Source: Diplonema japonicum (taxonomy: Eukaryota > Protista > Euglenozoa: Diplonemea). Taken from it: a stretch of DNA of 64,000 bases. The DNA is taken from contig OZ025656.1 of assembly GCA_964019335.1 (NCBI GenBank), positions 62,001 through 126,000 on the forward strand. The letters are read 5' to 3'. The position numbers and the translations under genes were made by a program. Every line of letters begins with the position of its first letter. Within the stretch, counting starts at the first letter, position 1. Positions 1-9,780 of this stretch are shown one piece after another. The notes beneath the pieces were generated by a model, which worked only from the letters and a program-made list of their open reading frames with translations, was not told the origin of the DNA and did not search any database.

Positions 1-579
1 TGTGGCAGGACGCCGAAAAAAAAATTCAAATTAACATGCAAGATCCCTGAGACGAAAGCTGGATGCCCTAAAAAGGAGAAGGGGTATGGTCAGTACTAGG
101 TATCTCAGTTTCGGATATCCATGCTACTAACTAATACTTAGTGAGCAGCAACCTTATTTATCGTCCTGGAAGAAAAAATGTAACCGTTGCAAGCCTTGTA
201 GAAAAAGACCCTTCTTAAGGAAACGTAAGGAAAAGTTTCCGTTTCCGTTTCCTTTTTTTTTCAAAAAATGCATGGAAACACGTTTCCATACCAGCATAGC
301 CTTAGGGAGGAAAGAAAGGAGGTACATATTATTTATTATTTCCCCCCTTTTCTATTGCATCCAAATACAACATTTGATGCGGAAAGCAGAAACAACAGCT
401 TGGCTTAGGTGTGCGAAAAAATGTGAGAAGACAAGAAAAAAAGAAGGGGGGGAAAAAGGTAAACACATCATATATGTCAAAAAAAAATCAAGGTTTTTTT
501 TTTTTTTCCTTTTTTTTCCCCCATTTTTTTTCCAAAATGAAAAAAAAAAAAAAAGTTGCAAAACTATCAAAAATAATGA

Positions 580-668
580 CAGTGTTGGGGAGAGTTCCGT
601 GGAGTCCCGTGAGTCCCGTCCGGACCTGTATTCCGTTTTAGGGCACGGGACGGGACTGACCAACACTG
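580..668. mobile_element. MITE-like element with CAGTGTTGG...CCAACACTG terminal inverted repeats (copy 1)
   Basis: 9-bp TIR at 580-588 and 660-668; internal gagtcccgt sub-repeats; inverted second copy at 2500-2612. Confidence 0.6.
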
Positions 669-1714
669 CTTTTGAGGTGGTTTGGTGGCCAATTTTTGGG
701 TGACCTGGGGTTGGCTACTCTGGCCCCCCTGGCCCCCCTGAGATTTTCAGGGGGGCTGTAACAACGCTGGTGGGGAGGAAAATATATGTGTGACAAACAG
801 GCACTGGGGTTGAGCTGAGCTGTACATCGCACACATTAAAGGCACGGTGCAAAAAGCAAGGAACCACATTAAGGACACGACGTGGAACACAGAAGAAGCT
901 ACAGCTTGGCTGAGGCGCACCCCCTGTAATCAAGTGTTGTGGTGATATAGTCAACACTTTCGACCTTGATGATGCAAAGAGGAAAAAAATGTATGAGTTA
1001 AAGGAGGCCGGTGTTGGCGGCGCCCTGCACAAGAACTGTCTACTTGATTACAGGGGGCATGCCACGGCCGAGTTGTAGCTTCTTCTGCGTCGTGTCCTTA
1101 ATGTGTGCGGTGTACAGCTCAACCCCAGCCGGTGCATCCTGGGTAACCAAGATTCTGCACTCATGCAGTTTGCTGCCTGTTCGTCACCCTGAGCATCTGC
1201 TTCTTCCACTCGGGTGCTACTGGTGATGACCGACGAGGAGGTCAACAGTGGATGTTTTTCTTATATTTTCATGTTATCCCCACCACCGAAAAAAAAAAAA
1301 ATGAAAAAATAGCTATTTACTGCCAACAAGTAATGACTTTACCATTACCTCGAGGTCGGTAAAGCATTACTTGGCGGTAGGTAAGTGGTTTTATTTCACG
1401 ACACTCAGAAATTACTTCACCACGAGGGGCACAACAGGGTGACAAGGGGTACAACAAGAGAGGGGTTACAAAGGTTACAATACAAGTTGTTTTCCCTCCT
1501 TTTGTTGACTAAGAGCTGCCGCTGTCGCTGGCATTGCCACTGTCACCATCTCTAATCAGGCCTTCCCATACCTGGCGCGGCCGCTGGCTCCTTTTTTTCT
1601 GCTGCTTCGGTATTTTGAAGTCATTTGGGGAGCTTGGGTAAGCTGACTAAGTTACCCTTACCCACAGAAGAGTTACCCCCAGAAACTGGGAACAAGGCCT
1701 AGCCAAAAGTGGGC

Positions 1715-1855
1715 AAATTGGGAGGAAAAAGTAGTCCAACTTGGAACTGAGCCGAGGCAAAAGTTGTCCAATTGAGCTGAACCTGGGGGGAAATAGCAAA
1801 CTGAGAGGAAAAAGTAGCCCCACTGGGAACTGAACCGAGGCAAAAATTGGCCTAC
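1715..1855. repeat. Imperfect ~85-bp tandem duplication
   Basis: gaggaaaaagtag(t/c)cc..(t/g)gaactga(g/a)ccgaggcaaaa occurs at ~1722 and ~1806. Confidence 0.7.
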
Positions 1856-1916
1856 CGAGGCATATTATTTAACGGGAACCCCCTATTACTTCACGGAAAA
1901 CAGGCCATTATTTCAC

Positions 1917-1992
1917 CGTGAAGTAATGAGATTTAGTGTGAAGTAATGAGATTTAGCGTGAAGTAATGGGCCCCCCAGTGCATGAAGTAATT
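1917..1992. repeat. 20-bp minisatellite (gtgaagtaatgagatttagt), ~3 copies
   Basis: Direct reading of 1917-1968 plus a partial fourth copy. Confidence 0.8.
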
Positions 1993-2009
1993 TCTGGAAA
2001 TAAAAAAAA

Positions 2010-2144
2010 AAAAAAATGGGTAAGTAATTCCCTGTTCTGCCATGTTCTGCCAGTTCCACCAAGTTATGGTTCCACTGGTTCCACTGTTCCACCAAGTTCC
2101 GACTGTTCAGTTTGGTGGAAGGGAACAGAACAACCCACCCCCTG
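2010..2144. repeat. Dispersed repeat (gttccac-rich, ends acccacccctg); second copy ~6210-6323
   Basis: Both copies share gttccaccaagtt..ggttccactggtt..cagtttggtggaagggaa..acccacccctg. Confidence 0.75.
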
Positions 2145-2329
2145 TTGGTAAAAGCCACTTTATCACCCCCATTATGTGACCAGTGTTGTTATGAGATTTT
2201 GCTGGGGTGCATGGGGTGCTGGAAAAAAAAAATTCTCAGGCCCCCAAAACAGGTTTTTTTTGACTTTTTTTGGAAAAAAAAATTTTTTTTGGCTCATTTT
2301 TGCCATTTTTGACCCAATTCTGCAAGTCT

Positions 2330-2485
2330 CCCAGCTGTGGTTACCTAATCGAATTTTTTTTTCTTCAAGGAATCAATTTTCCTCCGAAAAATTAAGATTT
2401 ATATCATTCTAGCACCTTATAACTCAAAACACACACTTTCACTCATTTGAATTTATTTTCAGCTTTTTTTGGAATTTATTTAACC
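2330..2485. repeat. Dispersed direct repeat; second copy ~4996-5160
   Basis: ccagctgtggttacctaatc..cttcaaggaatcaa..ccgaaaa..tatcattctagcacctt in both copies. Confidence 0.8.
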
Positions 2486-2499
2486 CATAACACTCTGGG

Positions 2500-2612
2500 C
2501 AGTGTTGGTCAGTCCCATCCCATCCCCTAAAACGGAATATGGGCCTGGATGGGACTCATGGGACTCCACAGGATGGGACTCGATGGGACTCACGGAACTC
2601 TCCCCAACACTG
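2500..2612. mobile_element. MITE-like element, inverted copy 2 (shared flank extends to ~2660)
   Basis: Reverse complement of 580-668 with extra gggactc units. The flank tgtcattatttttgatagttttacaac also matches ~555-582. Confidence 0.6.
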
Positions 2613-2744
2613 TCATTATTTTTGATAGTTTTACAACTTTTCTTTTTTTTTTTTTTTTCTTTTTTCATAGTATCCAGGGTTAACCAATCACCCATGGGTT
2701 TTTAATTACAATTGGGTTTTAAATTGATGTCAAATGAAAGGCAA

Positions 2745-3173
2745 GCATGCAACCATGCTTAAAACCCTTATATTCGTATTCCAGGCCCCCCCAGATACAC
2801 AAAGCCGGCCCCAGGGAGCATCAAAACGACTTAGAAAAGGATTATTTTCTCAAAAAGCTGTTTTTTCGCTTTTTTTGATGGGTTTTTAATTAAAAGCGAA
2901 AAAACAAAAAAAATCGAAAATCAAAAATTAAAACAGGAGGAGAGCATGCAATCATGCTTAAAACCCTTCATTTCATCCCCCAGGCCCCCCAGATACACAA
3001 AGCCAACCCCAGGGAGCATCAAAATGACATAGAAAAGGATTATTTTCCTGAAAAGCTGGTGCTTCCCTGTTTCAGGCAGGATCCTAATTGGGAGCAAAAT
3101 CAAAAGTCAATAATTAAAACGGGAGGAGAGCATGCAACCATGCAAAAGATAACCCTTTAATTCGTCCCCCAGG
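2745..3173. repeat. ~190-200-bp tandem repeat, 2 copies plus a third truncated at 3173
   Basis: gcatgcaa(c/t)catgc..aaccctt starts at 2745, 2944 and 3130. The third copy is cut exactly where the CAGTGATGGG arm begins. Confidence 0.8.
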
Positions 3174-5343
3174 CAGTGATGGGTGAATCCTAATTAGGAC
3201 TAGACCAGACTGGACCAGACTGGACTGGATCCGGTGTGAATTTCGACCCAATTATGCTGGACTGACCAGACTGACCAGACTGGACTGGACTGAACCAGAC
3301 CGGACTGGACTGAACCAGACCAGACAAGATACAACCACAACACCACATCCCCCCCTTTTTTTTGCTGCAGAGTTCAAACGTATAAACAGATGTCTACAAG
3401 AAAAGATGTTACACAGGTACTGAGAGACAACAACAACAACAACAATGAGAAAAAAAAATTAAAAAAAAAATAAAAAAAAAAGAAAAAAAACCTTTATCTT
3501 CTTTTTCAGGTGGTGGGGATAACATGAAAATATAAGAAAAACATCCTGTTGACCTCCTCATCGGTTATCACCAAGCAAACCACATGAGTGCAGAATCTTG
3601 GTTACCTGGGGTGCCCTGGCTAGGGTTGAGCTGAACACCACACACATTAAGGACACGACACAGAACACAGAAGAAGCTACAACTCGGCCATGGTGATTAA
3701 GGACACGATGCAGAATGCAGAAGAAGCTACAACCCGGCTGTGGTGCACCCCCTGTAATCAAGTAGACAGTTCTTGTGCAGGGCACTGCCAACACCAGCCT
3801 CCTTTAACTCTTGTATATTATTCCAAAGGTGGTGGGGATAGCATGAAAAAACATCAGATGTGTTGTTCGCTGTTGACTCCTCATTGGTCATCACCAGTAG
3901 CTCCTGAGTGGAAGAACATAATGCAGATGCTCAGGGTGACAAACAGGCAGCAAACTGCACAAGCACCGAATCTTGGTTACCTGGGACACTCTGGCTGGGG
4001 TTGAGCTGTACACCACACACATTAAAGATATGACACAGAATGCAGAAGAAGCTACAACTCGGTTGTGGTGTGCCCCCTGCAGTGTTGTTACAAGAATGGG
4101 TTGCCCCCCGAGATTTTCAGGGGGGCACAGGGGGGCAAATCCAGGGGGGCAGGGGGGTGGGGGGGCAAAAAAAAATTTTTTTATAGTGTCCAAAAAAATT
4201 TTTTTTCCACCCAAAAAAAGTTGTCAAAGACACCCAAAAATTGATCTTTTTTCCAAAAAAAAATTTTTTTTTCTCAAAAGTACCTATCCTAGGCCTTAAT
4301 AGAGGCATTTAGTGCAGTGTTGTTATGGGAAAAAACCCAGGGGGGTGGGGGGGCAAGGGGGTACAGGGGGGTGGGGGGGCACAGGGGGTGGGGGGGCTGG
4401 GGGTGGGGGGGTAAAAAAAATTTTTTTTCTAGGGACCCTCACTCATATAGCACCCTCAAAACAGACTTTTTTGGAAATTTTTGGCCAAAAAAAAATTTTT
4501 TTTTTCCCAGGGGACCCCAAACTTGGGGTCACTTTGGCCATTTTTGACCCCAAATTTTTTTTTCTGGAAAAAGCCAGAAATCATGAAATTTATATTAAAA
4601 ACACCTTAAAAACCCATTTCTGCAAACCAAAAAGTTCAGAAAGGTGTTTAGGTGGAATACACATCTCTAAACTATATTCTGAAGTAAAAAGTAAGTAAAA
4701 ATCCGAAAATCTCAGGGGGGGCAACTCATTCTCATGACAACACTGGGAGGGCAAAAAATAATTTTTTTTTGAACACCCAATTTTGTCACAAAAATGGAAT
4801 TCTGAACAGCCAATGGAAAGTTTTGACCCCACTTGGACTGAAAATTTTTCTTCAAAAATCACTTTAGGAATTTTCCTTAGGGTCTAAATGGTCACCTGAA
4901 AATCACAAAATCAAGCTTCATTTTAGAATGGTATTTTTGGAATTTTGGCCTAATTTTGGGTGATGATAAGCAAAATGCTCCTTGAAGTAGGTTTCCCAGC
5001 TGTGGTTACCTAATCAAATTTTTTTTCCTTCAAGGAATCAACTTTCTTCCGAAAATTTAAGATTCATATCATTCTAGCACCTTGTAACTCACTTTTCAGG
5101 AAACACACATTTTCACACATTTGAATTTATTCTTTAGTTTTTTTCTGAACCTATTTAATTTTTAAACCTAATAAAGAAAGAGTAAATCCTCCTATTCAAA
5201 ACTTTTTAGTCCCAGTGTTGCCAAAATGGGTTGAAAATTAAAGTACCCAGCTGTGGTTACTTAATCAAAAAAGAATTTAATAGCCCATTTAACCTATGTA
5301 TTCAAACCTTTTACCCTTACTTGGTTTTTTTTGTGGAATTTAT

Positions 5344-5570
5344 TTCATTCTTTTGGTTCCTTGCCCAGCAATAGCAGTTGGTCTTTCCTCTTGGCTGCAA
5401 TCTCCTTCACCTCCAGTGCTTTGCCAACAATAACAGTGTCAGTGGTGGCACCTTCTTCACCTCAATCCTGGGACCTTTCAACCCTAATATTGCCAGCCAT
5501 GCCCCCATTCCACCCAAGGTAGGCTATCAGGTAGTCTTTTCTGACAGATTTTCTGGTTCTATTGGGGTGT
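5344..5570 (-). pseudogene. Possible coding relic (~75 codons, one internal TGA)
   Basis: Minus strand reads RTRKSVRKDYLIAYLGWNGGMAGNIRVERSQD*GEEGATTDTVIVGKALEVKEIAAKRKDQLLLLGKEPKE*. It is higher in complexity than its surroundings; the TGA could derive from CGA. Confidence 0.3.
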
Positions 5571-6389
5571 CTTGTTAGGTTAGGTTATTTTTTAAAACAA
5601 CCTGCCAATAAAGTACAGTAAAAACAGGGGGGGGAAATACAAAGAATGAGAAAGGTAAGTTATAAAGGAAAGAAAAATGACAGATGGACCATTACTAGGC
5701 CAAGTACAGGTGCCCTTTGTGAAAAAAATCTTTTTTTCTGAGGTAAAATATCACTTTTCAGGTGTTTTTGACAATTTTTTTTGTGCAAACCCATGACCAT
5801 CTCACTTTCACTATTAGCCTCATTGAGGTCTAGAATAGGTATTTTTGAGGGAAAAAAATTTTTTTTGAGAAAAAATCAATTTAAGGGTGTTTTTGGCCAC
5901 TTTTTTTGGGAGGAAAAACAATTTTTTGGACACTATTTTTTTTTTTTTCCAGCACCCCATGCACCCAATAAAGTACAGTAAAAAAAAGGGGGGTAAATAC
6001 AAAGAATGAGAAGGGTAAGTCATAAAGGAGAGAAAACCAACAGATAGACCATTACTAGGCCTGATATAGGTACCCTTATGGAAAAAAATCAATTTTTCTG
6101 AGGTAAAAAACCACTTTTCAGGTGTTTTTGACCACTTGTTCATGTGAAAAAAAATTTTTTTTGGGCACCTTTTTTTTTTGACCCCAAACATCTCAAAAAA
6201 AAAAAGAAAAAAAAATAGGTAAGGAATTCCCTGTTCCACCAAGTTCTGGTTCCACTGGTTCTGCCATTCCACCAATCTCCAACTTTTCAGTTTGGTGGAA
6301 GGGAATGGAACGACCCACCCCTGCATGAGCAGAATCTGGTTACCTGGGATGCCCTGGCTGGGGTTGAGCTGAACACTGGACATGACATG

Positions 6390-7450
6390 GAATGCAGAAG
6401 AAGCTACAACTCAGCTGTGGTGTACCCCCCAAGTAGTCTTGTGCAGGTCCTTTAACTCATATATCTCACCATGGCCAGGTTGTCATGTCACGTTCCACAT
6501 TGATCACCACAGCCAGGTTACATCCAAATACAACATTTCCAGACATATGTACATACCTGCAGCTGCAGTGCACAAAGAAGAAGAAGAAGAAAAAAAAAAA
6601 AAAAAAAAAAAAGGAAAAAAAAATCATTGTCCAAAAATTTGAAAAAAAAGTGTTTGCAGGTGTGTCAAAAATTGCAGAAAATTTTCGAGTCTGGTTGAGA
6701 CTGTCAATGCATGCCACCAGAGGCACCCATTCAAGGGAGTTGCATGCAATCCCAGAGCAGTGTTGGTCCAGACCCTTGAGGGACTCAGGGGACTCCAAGG
6801 GACAGGACAGGAGTCCCCTGAAATTTTCAGGGGTCTGGAGGGGACTCAGGGGACTCTTGGGACCAAAAAATTTCTTTGTGTTTTTTGTGTCACAAAGGCC
6901 CAAATTTAGGCTGGGGCTTGCATTTGGCACTTTTGGTTTCAAAGGTTCAAGAGGTCCTAGGTTTGGGTGGGATGTGAGGCAAGGATCATACTACCTTGTT
7001 GTGACTATGTAAAAAAAAACGGTGTACCCATTTTACCAGACTGACCAGACTGACTGGACTGACCAGACTCAAAAATTTTCTGCAATTTTTGACACACCTG
7101 CAAACACTTTTTTTCAAATATTTTTGGACAATGATTTTTTTTTTTTTTTTTTTTTTTGCCTTTTTTTTTTTCTTCTTTGTGCTTCTTTTTTCTTCTTTGT
7201 ACCACAGACATGCACAGCTCCATCAAGCCATTTGCACCTATCTACTCCAGTGCACTGCAGCTGCAGGTATGTAGAAATGTCTGGAAATGTTGTATTTGGA
7301 TGTAATACAACCTGGCTGTGGTGATCAATGCAGAACACAGAAGAAGCTACAACCTGGCTGTGGTGAGAGATATATGAGTTAAAGGACCTGCACAAGACTA
7401 CTTGATTACAGGGGGTGCACCACAGCTGGGTTGTAGCTTCTTGCATTCTG
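6390..7450. repeat. Internal inverted repeat (arms ~6390-6696 and ~7060-7450)
   Basis: catccaaatacaacatttccagacat / atgtctggaaatgttgtatttggatg and tgtttgcaggtgtgtcaaaaattgcagaaaatttt / aaaattttctgcaatttttgacacacctgcaaaca. Confidence 0.85.
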
Positions 7451-9704
7451 CATCATTTCCTTAATCACTGTGGCTGGGTTGTAGCTTCTTCTGTGTTCTG
7501 TGTTGTGTCCTTAATGTGTGTGGTGTACAGCTCAACACTGCCTGCTTTTCCCTGTGCAGTATAGTGGTACATGTTATAAAACACGTGCCATGTTGTGCAC
7601 TGTGTTGTGCACCCTGTGTTGCATACATGGTGTAAAATAAGTCACAACACACCACCTTGAAAATTCGCGGTGTTGGGGTGGTTTGTGGGGTGGACTGGTC
7701 AGACCCCTCAGACCAGACTGCCCACCTGACTACAGTGGCCTTGGCTGAGTTGTTGTGTGGTGTTATTGTCTTCTTCTTCTGCATTTTGCATTGTGTCCTT
7801 AATGCATGTGGTGTGCCAGCTTTGTTGGGATTTCCCCAAGGTAATATGGGATAGGGGAATTCCTTACTTTTTTTTTGTTTTAACAATATTATTGTCAAGA
7901 CTAAAAACTAGTTGATGGCAGTGTAATGAGCTATCTTATTAGGTAAAATTCCACTCATGCACACAAACAAATGGAGTGTCAATTTTTTTCCTCTTTGCAT
8001 CATCAAGGTTGAAAGTGGTGACTATATCACCACAACACTGACAGCACAATATTCCATGTCGTGTCCTTAATGTGTGCAGTGTGCAGCTCAACACCAGCCA
8101 TGGCCCTGGTAACTAAGATTCTGGGCCTGTGTAGTTTGCTGCCAGTTCATCACCCTGAGCATCTGCAATACGTTCCTCCACTCAGGCACAACTGGTGATG
8201 ACCAACATGGAGGTCAACAGGATGTTTTTCTTATATTTTCATGTTATCCCCACCACCTGAAAAAGAAGATAAAGGTTTTTTTTTTTCTTTTTTTTTCTTT
8301 GTTTCTCATTGTTGTTGTTGTTGTTGTTGTCTCTCAGTACCTGTGTAACATCTTTTCTTGTAGACATCTGTTTATATGTTTGAACTCTGCAGCAAAAAAA
8401 AGGGGGGGAGTGTGGTGTTGTGGTTGTATCTTGTACGGTCTGGTTCAGTCCAGTCCAGTCTGGTCTGGTCTGGTCAGTCTGGCAATAATTGGGTTGAAAT
8501 TCACACTGGATCCAGTCCAGTCTGGTCCAGTCCAGTCTAGTCCTAATTAGGATTCACCCATCACTGTGTAATTTGGGGTCCCTAGAAAAAAAAATTTTTT
8601 TTTGCCCCCCCACCCCCCTGTGCCCCCCTGCCCCCCTGGGTTTTTTCCCCATAACAACACTGCTGAGAAGGCATGTTTGCTGCTTGGTTGGTGGTGCCTG
8701 TGATGCTTGTAATCTTATCTGATGCAAGTTTGTGCTGCAGGGTTGGATGTGTTGAAAACACCCTGTGTCCAGGTTGTGTTCAGAGTAAGCAGAATGGACA
8801 AAAATGGAACAACCAAGGCTCATATGGACAGAAAACATGGGGACAAGGAGGGGAATGGGACAGAACAAGAGGGGACCAAGTTGCATAGTAACAAGTAGCA
8901 TGCTGACTGGGGCTTGCATTTTTTTGTTTTTGGTATTTTTGTTTTCAAAGTACAAATAAAAAAACCTAGATTCCTAAGGCATTGTGGAAAGTAATAAAAA
9001 ACACATGACATCATTTCTGGGGTTTCCAGGTGTGTCCCCTGTGACCCTGTCCCATTTTTCGGCTGAGGGAAGAAAGGGGTCATACCCACCCTGGCACCAT
9101 TGTGGAGTTTGGTGGAAAGTAATAAAACACATTTGACACATTTTTCAACCCTCTTCCCCTCTGACCCCTTGTCCCATCTTTTGGCCAGAGGGGAGGGGAG
9201 GGGTCACCCAACACTCTGAAGTGCCAAAAATCTCATTATTAACTAATTAAATTGGCAAGCAGCATGAAGCAAATGACAAAGGGTGAAAAAAAAAAATCAG
9301 GGCACCATGGCTGGGGTTGAGTTGCACACCACACACATTAAAAACACAATCAGAAGCTACAGATAGGCTGAGGTGCACCCCTAGTCAAGTAGACAATGCT
9401 TGAGCAGGGTGCCCTGCCACATACTGCAGGCACCCTTAAATAGGTTTTTTCTTCTTCTTTTTTTTCTCTTTTCCCCCCCCCAGACAGACTCATATAAGAG
9501 TTAAAGAAGGCCAGTGGCAGAGGGTACACCTCAGCCAAGCTGTAGCTGCATAGCTTACCCCATTCCTTTTGTTCTGGATTCCCTCAAATTCCCAGTGTTG
9601 GACAATCCTCATCGTATACTTGATACAACCTAACTCCACACCAGTGTTGAGTGACCTGGTGTATTTTTCAAACCATCTCTTTGAACCTCTCCACTAAGGT
9701 AAAC

Positions 9705-9780
9705 CTTCCTGTTTTATTGTTTCTGTTCTTTTTTTTCTCTTCTCTTGCACTTTCTTTATGTCACCTCAGGGATAAATAAG
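9705..9780 (+). promoter_or_regulatory. Polypyrimidine tract plus AG before the first gene (putative trans-splice acceptor)
   Basis: ~60-nt T/C tract, then cacctcAG (9769) 11 nt before ATG 9781. Similar tract-plus-CAG arrangements end at 21842, 31950, 34859 and 50650. Confidence 0.5.

Larger units (their letters stand above)
3174..8566. mobile_element. ~5.4-kb segment bounded by ~400-bp inverted repeats starting CAGTGATGGGTGAATCCTAATTAGGAC (foldback/non-autonomous DNA transposon-like)
   Basis: 3174-~3570 is the reverse complement of ~8185-8566, including the (gaccagactg)n and (caa)n tracts. No transposase ORF and no clear TSD. Confidence 0.6.
1..9600. repeat. Gene-free block of nested direct and inverted repeats (degenerate DNA-transposon/MITE mosaic)
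   Basis: Recurrent modules such as agaagaagctacaactcggctgtggtgcgccccctgtaatcaag (~885-935, 1040-1095 rev, 3665-3760, 4040-4080, 6390-6430, 7335-7445, 9350-9390). No credible intact ORF, many homopolymer runs, very few CpG. Confidence 0.85.

Noticed and set aside
47-57. CTGAGACGAAA resembling a hammerhead ribozyme core
   Set aside because: Lacks the CUGANGA spacing and stem II; no convincing stems I and III.
1917-1992. 20-bp repeats as a CRISPR array
   Set aside because: Head-to-tail without unique spacers; eukaryotic context; no cas genes.
5575-5587. TTAGGTTAGGTTA as an interstitial telomere
   Set aside because: Only about 2.5 units, too short to distinguish from chance or a repeat-element motif.
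272-9538. Short ORFs in the repeat block
   Set aside because: Products are poly-K/F/G translations of homopolymers and repeat modules, with no domain motifs.
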